A stretch of 64,000 nucleotides of DNA, taken from NCBI GenBank assembly GCA_043813875.1, contig JBDRKP010000054.1:751-64750 (forward strand). Reading direction: 5' to 3'. The notes under the pieces are model-generated. The model ran no database searches. It had not been told where the DNA came from and saw only the letters and a list, made by a program, of their open reading frames with translations. Shown here piece by piece: positions 29,613 to 38,024 of the stretch. The position numbers and the translations under genes were made by a program. The stretch's first letter is position 1, and each line of letters begins with the position of its first letter. The DNA is from an archaeon. Its GTDB lineage: Archaea > EX4484-52 > B79-G9.

Positions 29613-30217
29613 AGAATAGCAAAGCAGAGGCATTTAATAGGAAATCATCTAGCCCGAAAAACAGACCCGATGATGTTATAAAAGCGTTGAGCTTAAAGCA
29701 GGGACAAAACATTGCAGACATAGGAGCAGGAGGAGGCTATTTTTCACTCAGGTTCGCAGAAATAGTCGGCGTAAAAGGAAAGGTTTATGCGATAGATATA
29801 AATCAGGATTTTCTGGAATTCATAAAAAATAGCGCTGCAGAAAAAGGTCTTGACAATTTAGAGATCGCTTTTGCCAAAGATGGCAAAATTGATTTGCCAA
29901 AGAAAAGAATTGATCTCATATTTTTCCGCAATATGACCCACCATATGGAAAACAGGGCTGAATATTTCAGGCAGCTAAATCAGTTCCTTGCTCCTCACGG
30001 CAGGATTGCCATTATAGAGTACAAAAAGGAAAGTTCCTTTACCTTCCACGGGATTTTCAGACATTACATTGCCAAAGAAACCTTGATGCAGGAGATGGAA
30101 GATGCTGGCTATGTTCCTGAGAGGGAACTTGATTTCTTGCCTGAACAGCACTTTGTTATTTACAGACGCGGGAGTTCTGCTTTAAACAAGAATAGGATTA
30201 AAGGTGAAAAAAGATGA
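29609..30217 (+). CDS. Class I SAM-dependent methyltransferase
   Basis: Motif I DIGAGGGYF and motif II KVYAIDIN. Confidence 0.75.
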   Translation: MKNSKAEAFNRKSSSPKNRPDDVIKALSLKQGQNIADIGAGGGYFSLRFAEIVGVKGKVYAIDINQDFLEFIKNSAAEKGLDNLEIAFAKDGKIDLPKKRIDLIFFRNMTHHMENRAEYFRQLNQFLAPHGRIAIIEYKKESSFTFHGIFRHYIAKETLMQEMEDAGYVPERELDFLPEQHFVIYRRGSSALNKNRIKGEKR

Positions 30218-31086
30218 GAATCGCAGTTACGGGCGGAAAAGGTGGAACAGGCAAGTCAATGGTAGCGACTTCATTAGCAGTTGAATTTGCAAGAAATGAA
30301 AAGACCCTGCTTATGGATGCGGATGCAGAATGCCCCAATGATCATTTACTGCTTTCCATAGATATGAAAAAATACGCTGCTGTTTATCAGCCGATACCTA
30401 AATGGAATTTTGATAAATGTATAAAATGTGGCAAGTGCGCTTCTGTCTGCAAACAAAATGCCATTGTTTTTGTTAAAGAGAAATATCCTGCTTTTGTTAA
30501 GGATGTTTGTATTGGTTGTAAAGCATGTATTGTTACATGCCCAAAAAAAGCTATAACTGAAACCAAAAAAGAAATCGGAACAATCTTTACAGGAAAAAAC
30601 TATAATGTAAATTTGGTTTCAGGCGAGCTCAAATTAGGAGAACTTGCATCAGGGGAGGTAGTTGCTGAATTAAGAAAATGTTCTGAAAAGATAGGCAAAA
30701 AGATGAAGGCAGATATAATTTTAATAGACTCTGCTGCAGGAGTTGGCTGCCCGGTAATCGCCTCTTTGGTCGGAACGGATTATATCGTTGGCGTAACAGA
30801 ACCAACACCATCTGCTCTTCATGATTTGAAAAGGGTTTTGTATCTGGCAAATCATTTTGGGATTAAGCATGGAATTGTCATAAACAAATTTGATCTTGAA
30901 AGAGGTTTCTGCTCAGAAATAGAGAAATTTGCAAAGGAGAACAATATACCTATTATTGGAAGGATTCCATACAGAAAAGTTTTTGTGGACTCAACAATAA
31001 AGATGAAGCCTGTTGTTGAAATAAACCCCAAATATAGAAAAACATTCGAGGAGATTATCAACAAAATAAAGATTGTGTGCGGTTAA
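30214..31086 (+). CDS. MinD/ParA-family P-loop ATPase with two embedded 4Fe-4S ferredoxin motifs
   Basis: Deviant Walker A GGKGGTGKS. Two CxxCxxCxxxCP clusters (CIKCGKCASVCKQ, CIGCKACIVTCP) are inserted after the P-loop. Confidence 0.8.
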   Translation: MRIAVTGGKGGTGKSMVATSLAVEFARNEKTLLMDADAECPNDHLLLSIDMKKYAAVYQPIPKWNFDKCIKCGKCASVCKQNAIVFVKEKYPAFVKDVCIGCKACIVTCPKKAITETKKEIGTIFTGKNYNVNLVSGELKLGELASGEVVAELRKCSEKIGKKMKADIILIDSAAGVGCPVIASLVGTDYIVGVTEPTPSALHDLKRVLYLANHFGIKHGIVINKFDLERGFCSEIEKFAKENNIPIIGRIPYRKVFVDSTIKMKPVVEINPKYRKTFEEIINKIKIVCG

Positions 31087-31116
31087 GAATGAAAGAATTG
31101 AGACATATAAACTGCA

Positions 31117-31500
31117 TTAATTTTTTTGGCATTTTTTACAGTCGTCTTTACATATACCTCTTACTTCAAGCTGAAAACTTCTTATCGAGCCAGGAATCTT
31201 GTCTTTTAGGAAATCCAGAGAGTCAATATTAAAGTGAAAAATCTTGCCAGTACTTTCACATATAAAATGGCAGTGGCTTTTATTCTGTTTGGAGTATATC
31301 GTTTTTCTGTCGCATTTATAAGAATATATCTGGTTGCTCTTTTTTAGCTCATTTAGAAACCGGTAAATTGTGGCAATTCCTATATTTTTTTCTTCTTTCT
31401 TAGCCTCTTCCAGTAAGTCTTCAGCAGTAAAAAAATTATTTATTTTTTCTAATTTTGTCTGAATGCTCTCTTTTTGTCTGGTGTTTCTTTTCTTTACCAT
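31117..31500 (-). CDS. Fur-family metalloregulator (likely Zur)
   Basis: DNA-binding helix ATIYRFL, a metal site HCHFICESTG..HF, and a C-terminal CxxC. It is divergent from znuA2. Confidence 0.75.
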   Translation of the reverse strand: MVKKRNTRQKESIQTKLEKINNFFTAEDLLEEAKKEEKNIGIATIYRFLNELKKSNQIYSYKCDRKTIYSKQNKSHCHFICESTGKIFHFNIDSLDFLKDKIPGSIRSFQLEVRGICKDDCKKCQKN

Positions 31501-31562
31501 ATAGATCTCTTATTGATAATCTTAATCAATAAGGTATTTAAAATGAGCCTATTTATAAATTT

Positions 31563-32564
31563 ATGGTGATTCCCATGAAAACTAAAATTATCTTTATGTC
31601 TGTGTTAATTGTTGCTGTTTTATTGGTTGCTGGTTGTGTAAACAATGTACAAAAAGAGTCTAAAGACAAGATGACAATTGTAACAACACTTTTTCCATTA
31701 TATGAATTTGCAAAAGAAGTCGGTGGTGAAAAGATTGATGTGACTCTTTTACTTCCACCAGGAGCAGAAGCCCACACTTTTGAGCCAAAGCCAAGCGATA
31801 TACAAAAAATAAACAACGCAGATGTTTTTTTATATATTGGAGCAGGCATGGAGCCATGGGCTCACGATATTGTGGAAGGTTCTAATAATAAGGACTTGTT
31901 GCTTTTAGATGCAAGCTCTAAAGTAACTTTGCTTAAATCAGAAGAGCATGATGAACACGAACATGAGGCAGAGGAAGAACACGATCACGAATCAGAAGAA
32001 CATGAAGAAGAGCATCAGCATGGTGAATATGACCCTCATATCTGGCTTGATTTTGAAAATGATGAAAAAATAGTGGATGCGATTGCTCAAACATTTGCCC
32101 AAAAAGACCCAAAAAATAGCGAGTTTTACATAAAAAATGCTCAAGGATATAATGCTAAGTTGAGTTCTTTGAATCAAAAGTATAGTGATGGGCTATCTAA
32201 TTGCAAACAAAAGGAATTCATATCAGGTGGGCATAACGCATTTGCATATCTTGCTCATAAATATAACCTCGAATCAATCTCAGCATTTGGAATATCCCCG
32301 GATTCTGAGCCAACTCCTCAGAAAATCAAAGAGATAGTTGATCTGACAAAAGAGCATGGCATTAAATACATATACTTTGAAAAATTAGTGAATCCAAAAA
32401 TGGCTGAGACAATTGCTCAGGAAGCAAATGCTAAAACATTAGTCTTAAATCCTGCGCATAATCTTCTAAAGGAGCAATTTCAGCAAGAAGTAACTTTCAT
32501 CTCTCTGATGGAAGAAAACTTACAGAATCTTAAAATTGGTTTGGAATGTGAATCAAATTCATGA
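31563..32564 (+). CDS. znuA: Zinc ABC transporter substrate-binding protein (island copy) with a His/Glu-rich loop
   Basis: Signal peptide plus a TroA-like SBP. A long acidic/His loop (EEHDEHEHEAEEEHDHESEEHEEEHQHGEYDPH) is diagnostic of zinc-specific ZnuA. Confidence 0.85.
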   Translation: MVIPMKTKIIFMSVLIVAVLLVAGCVNNVQKESKDKMTIVTTLFPLYEFAKEVGGEKIDVTLLLPPGAEAHTFEPKPSDIQKINNADVFLYIGAGMEPWAHDIVEGSNNKDLLLLDASSKVTLLKSEEHDEHEHEAEEEHDHESEEHEEEHQHGEYDPHIWLDFENDEKIVDAIAQTFAQKDPKNSEFYIKNAQGYNAKLSSLNQKYSDGLSNCKQKEFISGGHNAFAYLAHKYNLESISAFGISPDSEPTPQKIKEIVDLTKEHGIKYIYFEKLVNPKMAETIAQEANAKTLVLNPAHNLLKEQFQQEVTFISLMEENLQNLKIGLECESNS

Positions 32565-33295
32565 GCACCATGCTTAAACTGGAAAACATATCTTTTTCCT
32601 ATGCTAACTCGGATGTTGTAAAAGATATCTCCTTTTCAGTTAAAAAAGGAGATTTTGTAGGATTAATAGGTCCAAATGGCTCAGGAAAGACCACTCTCCT
32701 CAAAATTATATTAGGAATATTGAATCCGCGAAAAGGCTCTATTTATTTATTTGAAAGGGACTTGAAAAAATTTGATAAATGGGATAAGATTGGATATGTC
32801 CCACAAAAAGCAACAAATATCGAGAAAAATTTTCCAGCAACAGTTCATGAAGTCGTTTCTATGGGGCTTTTGGCAATTAAGAAATTTCCGAAAATAATCA
32901 CAAAACAAGATGACACAGAAATAAAAAATGCTCTTTCTGTTGTAAGGATGGAAAAATATTCACAAAAAAGGATTACTGAGCTTTCTGGAGGGCAACAGCA
33001 AAGAGTTTTAATCGCAAAAGCATTGGTAACAAAGCCAGAAATCTTGATTCTTGACGAGCCGACAACAGGAGTTGATCAGGAAAACCAGAAGTCATTTTAT
33101 GACTTGCTTGGAAAACTCAACAAAGAAGGAATGACTATTGTTTTAGTGTCCCATGATATTGGAAGAATAACTCAGTATGTAACTAAAATAGCAAGTATTA
33201 ACCAAACACTTAATTTTTATGGGAGTCACAAAGAATTTTGCTTAAAAGATCCAGCCCATAAACATGAGCATAGTTTATGCTTGGATAAAGGTTAA
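32561..33295 (+). CDS. znuC: Zinc ABC transporter ATP-binding protein (island copy)
   Basis: GPNGSGKTT, LSGGQQQRV and ILILDEP. Confidence 0.9.
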   Translation: MSTMLKLENISFSYANSDVVKDISFSVKKGDFVGLIGPNGSGKTTLLKIILGILNPRKGSIYLFERDLKKFDKWDKIGYVPQKATNIEKNFPATVHEVVSMGLLAIKKFPKIITKQDDTEIKNALSVVRMEKYSQKRITELSGGQQQRVLIAKALVTKPEILILDEPTTGVDQENQKSFYDLLGKLNKEGMTIVLVSHDIGRITQYVTKIASINQTLNFYGSHKEFCLKDPAHKHEHSLCLDKG

Positions 33296-33298
33296 AAA

Positions 33299-34147
33299 AT
33301 GATTGAAATACTATCTTACGCATTCATGCAGAAAGCATTTATTTCTGGAATAGTTATAGCTATTGCATGCTCGCTTTTGGGAATGTTTTTAGTATTAAGA
33401 AAATTCTCATTAATTGGAGATGGAATTGCTCACATCTCTTTTGGAGGAGTCGCTACCGGACTGTTATTTAATATAACACCATTTACGGGTGCTCTTTTGT
33501 TTGGATTAATAGGTTCATTTGGAATACTTAAGCTGAAAGAAAAGTCGCATTTACATGGGGATGCTGCAATAGGAATAGTAAGCCATGTAAGTTTGGGTCT
33601 TGGAATATTTATTGCCAGCATTGCAAGTGGTTTTAATGTAGATATATTGAGTTATTTGTTCGGAAGCATACTTTCAATAAAGACCAATGAGTTGGTTTTA
33701 TCTATTTTTTTGGCATTGACAGTTATTGCATTTATTCTCAGTTACTATAAAGATTTGTTTTATATCTCATTTGATGAAGAATCTGCAAAAGTTTCTGGAA
33801 TAAACGTAGATTTCCTGAATTCGATGCTTATCGTTTTGACAGCAGTTACAATTGTCTGCTCAATGAATGTGGTTGGGCTTATGCTTGCATCATCATTAAT
33901 AATATTGCCCGCTGCATCTGCCTTACAAGTTAAAGCAAGTTTTAAGAGAACTTTATTATATGCTGTGGTTATCTCAGTATTTTCAGTAGTTTCTGGACTC
34001 GTTATTGCATATTATTATGACTTTGCAGTATCTGGAACTATTGTTCTTATTAACGCCTTTGTTTTTCTATCGCTTTTGGTCTATAATAAATTGCAAACAT
34101 ATTTTTCATCACATATAAATTCTAAACCCGTAGATGAAAAAGCTTGA
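33299..34147 (+). CDS. znuB: Zinc ABC transporter permease (island copy)
   Basis: Polytopic ZnuB-family permease. Its TGA stop lies inside copy 3 of the 48-bp palindromic element (AAGCTTGA). Confidence 0.85.
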   Translation: MIEILSYAFMQKAFISGIVIAIACSLLGMFLVLRKFSLIGDGIAHISFGGVATGLLFNITPFTGALLFGLIGSFGILKLKEKSHLHGDAAIGIVSHVSLGLGIFIASIASGFNVDILSYLFGSILSIKTNELVLSIFLALTVIAFILSYYKDLFYISFDEESAKVSGINVDFLNSMLIVLTAVTIVCSMNVVGLMLASSLIILPAASALQVKASFKRTLLYAVVISVFSVVSGLVIAYYYDFAVSGTIVLINAFVFLSLLVYNKLQTYFSSHINSKPVDEKA

Positions 34148-34183
34148 AATCCCCCAATAACATCAAAATTTCATGATTTTTCA
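34136..34183. repeat. 48-bp palindromic intergenic element, copy 3
   Basis: GAAAAAGCTTGAAATcccccaataacatcaAAATTTCATGATTTTTCA, located between the convergent znuB (island copy) and the thioredoxin-like gene. Confidence 0.55.
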
Positions 34184-34316
34184 GTAAGAAAGTTGAGTGC
34201 GTCCCTTTAGTTACAAAATCCCCCTCGTTCTTAGTTTAGTAAGCCGAAAATTGAATATATCAATACTTTGTCCTATATTTGCCCATCTCTACCATAGCCA
34301 CGCCTCATTCTGTGGG

Positions 34317-34721
34317 CTAAAGCGCGCATCCTGAAAGTTCAGATAGCTTCAATAAAGGCTGTATCCCCGGATAGTTCTCACCCATGATGACCCATGTGGG
34401 ATACCCTTCGACCCCTGCATCAAGGCACTTCTGCATGTTCTTGTCGCAGTCGACATAATTCACGCGCGCAAAAGAATCCTCAAAGAGCGCCTTCTGGTCC
34501 TTGCAATGTGAGCACCACTCTGTCCCGTACATGACCGCTCCTTTGTCCGTGAGGCACTGCGCGAACGCATCAAACTGCCCCGGCGCAGCCGACGGCTTCA
34601 TCAAAGAGAAAGCCACAAAAAGGACAATGATCCCCACGACAATGATTCCTGCAACATTATTTTTTTTGTCATTATTTTCATTTTTTAGCTTGCTTGCCAT
34701 CTTCTTTTTCATCATGATCAC
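34317..34721 (-). CDS. Membrane-anchored thioredoxin-fold protein (CxxC)
   Basis: N-terminal TM helix and a WCSHC active-site motif with a thioredoxin-like fold length. Confidence 0.65.
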   Translation of the reverse strand: MIMMKKKMASKLKNENNDKKNNVAGIIVVGIIVLFVAFSLMKPSAAPGQFDAFAQCLTDKGAVMYGTEWCSHCKDQKALFEDSFARVNYVDCDKNMQKCLDAGVEGYPTWVIMGENYPGIQPLLKLSELSGCAL

Positions 34722-34778
34722 CCGGTATGTGATATTCCTGAGATATTATTGATATTTATATGGATGTTTATATGAATT

Positions 34779-34890
34779 TATAGTTGACGTCGTTACTAGC
34801 TGGACAAATATAACCTATGAACCAATAGACGTCAATCTATATGGAAAAGTCATATAGTCCAAAAAGTTATGACTTTTACTATATATCTGA
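34779..34890. repeat. Approximately 110-nt structured repeat, copy A (TATAGTTGACGTCGTTACT ... AGACGTCAATCTATATGG ... inverted repeats)
   Basis: About 80% identical to 61989-62140. It contains long-range inverted repeats (TATAGTTGACGTC / GACGTCAATCTATA; AAAAGTCATA / TATGACTTTT). Confidence 0.5.
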
Positions 34891-34908
34891 AACACTTATT
34901 AAACATTC

Positions 34909-35664
34909 CTATGAAACCGGTTTCATCTTATAGACTCTTGCCGCATCATCCGAATATGCAAGTTCGAATCCCTCTATCACTTCGCCATTGAGAGCCCGCC
35001 CGATATTTGTCCTCATGAATCCGATACTCAAAGGATCAACCGGCTCACCCCCGTAAGACACATAGAACGCATGTGACTTATCCTTATCCGCAGTCTGTAC
35101 ATAAAAGACGCTTGCCCCGTACTTCTCCATTACCTTCCTCAATATTTCGCTATCATACTCAGTAAAAGCCCTTGCGACATCCATAATCTTGCCATGCGCT
35201 GTGCAGTCATCGCACACAATATCATCTTTCGGCTTGCCTATATATTTAGAAACAGTAGTCGCAAGGATCTCGCGTGACGGCGCATCAAGGACAACTTCCC
35301 TCTCCGCATATCCCCTGATCATATGCCCGTGATCCCACCAGCTAAGCACCACCGCATCATCATCAGTATTCTCCTTGATCCAGTTAAGCCCGCCAACAAT
35401 CTCATCTGAAAGCATCATATCCGGCTCGACAACCTTCCCGTCCTTCACATACCGTATTTTCTTCATGTTATAAGTTGTGCCATTGGCGCTCACAACGACA
35501 TCAATGACAGTCAGGTTATACTTCCCCCCAATCACCTCAGTCCCGATAATTTCTTCAGTGAAACCGCTTGCTTGAGGCAGAGTGGCCCTGTCTTCCCTGA
35601 CGCACCCGCTAAGAAAAACAACCCCTAAAACAAAAATGATCAGAATAAATTTTCCATGGCGCAT
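34909..35664 (-). CDS. Hypothetical secreted lipoprotein
   Basis: Signal peptide with a lipobox (FLSGC). No confidently recognised domain. It contains an SWWDHGH motif. Confidence 0.45.
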   Translation of the reverse strand: MRHGKFILIIFVLGVVFLSGCVREDRATLPQASGFTEEIIGTEVIGGKYNLTVIDVVVSANGTTYNMKKIRYVKDGKVVEPDMMLSDEIVGGLNWIKENTDDDAVVLSWWDHGHMIRGYAEREVVLDAPSREILATTVSKYIGKPKDDIVCDDCTAHGKIMDVARAFTEYDSEILRKVMEKYGASVFYVQTADKDKSHAFYVSYGGEPVDPLSIGFMRTNIGRALNGEVIEGFELAYSDDAARVYKMKPVS

Positions 35665-35823
35665 ACATTAACCTGTAATCTTATTTTTATCTATGGCCCA
35701 GATGATTGCAGCAAGAAAAACTTCAGCATAAGGATTGAACTTCATACCCATATTGATGATTCAGACTTTATACATTTTGTTGACGCTTCCAGCGATATGC
35801 CAGTCAGGAAAAAAAGAACGCCC

Positions 35824-37464
35824 CTACTCGCATTCGATCGTGAAACGCAGCTTTCCGCTCACAGTATTTGTCTCGATTATCCTGCAATTGGTCGGTGTCG
35901 TGATAGTCTCATTGCCCGACGGCGCCCCCGGAGTTATTATCTCCTGCGACCCCCACGGGAAAAGCTTCACCTGCTCGGTCTTGGCATCAACAACAGCAAC
36001 CGACTTCAAAGTCATCGATTCCATCACCCCTGAATACACAGGGACAACATAGTAGAACCCGCCTTTGATCTGCTTGAACAGGGGCTGCAATGCATACCAG
36101 TCGCTGTAAAGCGATATCTCGCCACGGACATCCGCCAGAGCCCTCTCAGGGCCGATAAGTCCGAGCGCCCTTGTATCATATATGGTGACATCGCCGTAAT
36201 TTTTCCCTGAAGACTCGATTTCAATGTATTGTGTTATCGCTTTTCTGGTCGGCCCTTCCGGCTCGAGCTGGACAAGGCCGAATGATCTGTCGCCGGATTT
36301 GTCATACTGGAAATAAAGGTCCTGCGCAATCTCAAAGACATCCTCATGCGTAAAATAGAAGTTCAGGAATCCCTTCCAGCTTGCGAATTCCGCCCACCTG
36401 GCGACTCGTATCTCAGAATAATCCTCATCGATCAGGACCTGGTCGGCAAGTAGCCATGGCGGCGCGTCACCGCCTTTGATCTGGTTTTCAGTATAAAGTG
36501 TGGTGCTGCCATCATTTTCAAGTACGATGACACCGACCTGTATAGTGTAGAATTTCGTGACGAATATTGTCGGGATATCAAGCTTCGCTGGAGCGAACCA
36601 CACAGGTTTTCCGTCATCGTCATGAGTGAATACAGTATCCCCATAAGTGAAATACGGGTGCTTGAGCCACAGGTTGAAGTTGACGTCCCGTATCTTGCCG
36701 GTTATTGCCTGGTATAAGAATGGAGCGAGCCCTTTTCTCTCTTCTGAGAACTCTATCGTCTCTTTGATTTTTACCCTGTCAGAAGGATTCTGTGCATTGA
36801 CAATTATATATGCCGGCGATGGCGCTCCATTATTCGCAAGCCGTGTCGGCTCGTATGCCATGACCCAGTAGAGCGTATCATCTATCGCATAGACTCCGTC
36901 CCAGTCATTTGAAAGCCTCCACCCGCTCTCAGTGACCATTGTCTTTGGCACCTGCAATGCATATTCCTGCGCCACGATACGCATATCTTTGATGTCATCC
37001 CACTCAAGATTCATCACATCAGATGCTTCCTTATTATCGACAGTCATTATCTTCGCGTCTTTCATATTGTACCAGTCGACTTCCATCGGCGGCGCGAAAA
37101 CAACAGTCAGCACTCTAAGAAAGACAAGTATAAAGATTATTGCAGTGATCAGCTTTCGCCGGGAGAATTTGATTACCTCGACTTTCTCTTTTGTGAACGC
37201 GTCCTTTATGATCTTCATGCTCACGTTTTTTGAGATACCGATAACAAAAAGCCTGAAAAACACCGCAAAAACAAGCCCGCCTATGGGGCTCGAAGTTATG
37301 ATGGCAACCCCGACGATCCAGCTGAAAAGGATGTCCCTGATAATCTTTTTCGTGGTGAAACGGGATATGAATCCGAAAACCGCAATACCCCCGACAAGAA
37401 AAGCCCACAAGGTATAGAACCCGAAAAATCCAAGAGACATGAAGAATTCCGGCCAAGGCAACAT
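35824..37464 (-). CDS. Hypothetical membrane protein with a large extracytoplasmic domain
   Basis: About 4 N-terminal TM helices followed by an approximately 400-aa Trp/Tyr-rich soluble domain ending in a Cys pair. Confidence 0.5.
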   Translation of the reverse strand: MLPWPEFFMSLGFFGFYTLWAFLVGGIAVFGFISRFTTKKIIRDILFSWIVGVAIITSSPIGGLVFAVFFRLFVIGISKNVSMKIIKDAFTKEKVEVIKFSRRKLITAIIFILVFLRVLTVVFAPPMEVDWYNMKDAKIMTVDNKEASDVMNLEWDDIKDMRIVAQEYALQVPKTMVTESGWRLSNDWDGVYAIDDTLYWVMAYEPTRLANNGAPSPAYIIVNAQNPSDRVKIKETIEFSEERKGLAPFLYQAITGKIRDVNFNLWLKHPYFTYGDTVFTHDDDGKPVWFAPAKLDIPTIFVTKFYTIQVGVIVLENDGSTTLYTENQIKGGDAPPWLLADQVLIDEDYSEIRVARWAEFASWKGFLNFYFTHEDVFEIAQDLYFQYDKSGDRSFGLVQLEPEGPTRKAITQYIEIESSGKNYGDVTIYDTRALGLIGPERALADVRGEISLYSDWYALQPLFKQIKGGFYYVVPVYSGVMESMTLKSVAVVDAKTEQVKLFPWGSQEIITPGAPSGNETITTPTNCRIIETNTVSGKLRFTIECE

Positions 37465-37641
37465 ATTCCATATATAGGGCGCGGAGTTTTATATTTCTGA
37501 CATGTTGGGAGACGGGAGGCGCGCCATATGCCATAACAATCCAAATACAATTGGTGAAATAATGATATTGAGAAGAAGCCGAAACGCAGGGTAGAAGGGC
37601 TGGGGTTCCGTTCGTAGTATTGGGGCGAGAATTGTATCATT

Positions 37642-37920
37642 TCATTTAGTGGATTTCATTTCAGTCATTAGTTTTAACATTCGTTCTCTTCTTTCGTCAA
37701 CTGATGGCGCATATTGTGGGCATGATTTGCAGGTTGATGGTACATTATCAGTAACTTCTGTCGGACAATCTTCAAACATATTTTTGCCTACGCATTTTGG
37801 ATACTTATTAGAATCAAGCTTCTTTGACCATTCTGCATCTTCTTTATTGTGGCCAAGATGATGCGCTCTGCGCAAACGTGCTCTTTCAGAGTTTTTATTG
37901 CAGTTGGGCGCAGTTGCCAT
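37642..37920 (-). CDS. Small Cys-rich hypothetical protein
   Basis: 92 aa with 8 Cys and a basic N-terminus, at the left edge of the low-GC R-M island. Confidence 0.3.
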   Translation of the reverse strand: MATAPNCNKNSERARLRRAHHLGHNKEDAEWSKKLDSNKYPKCVGKNMFEDCPTEVTDNVPSTCKSCPQYAPSVDERRERMLKLMTEMKSTK

Positions 37921-38024
37921 ACTAACTTATCCGGTCATCAATATATTTATATTTAAGGAATTTTCTCACGCCTTGACATGAAAAATAAATAGTAATAAAT
38001 AAAGGTTATGTTTAAGTATAATAT

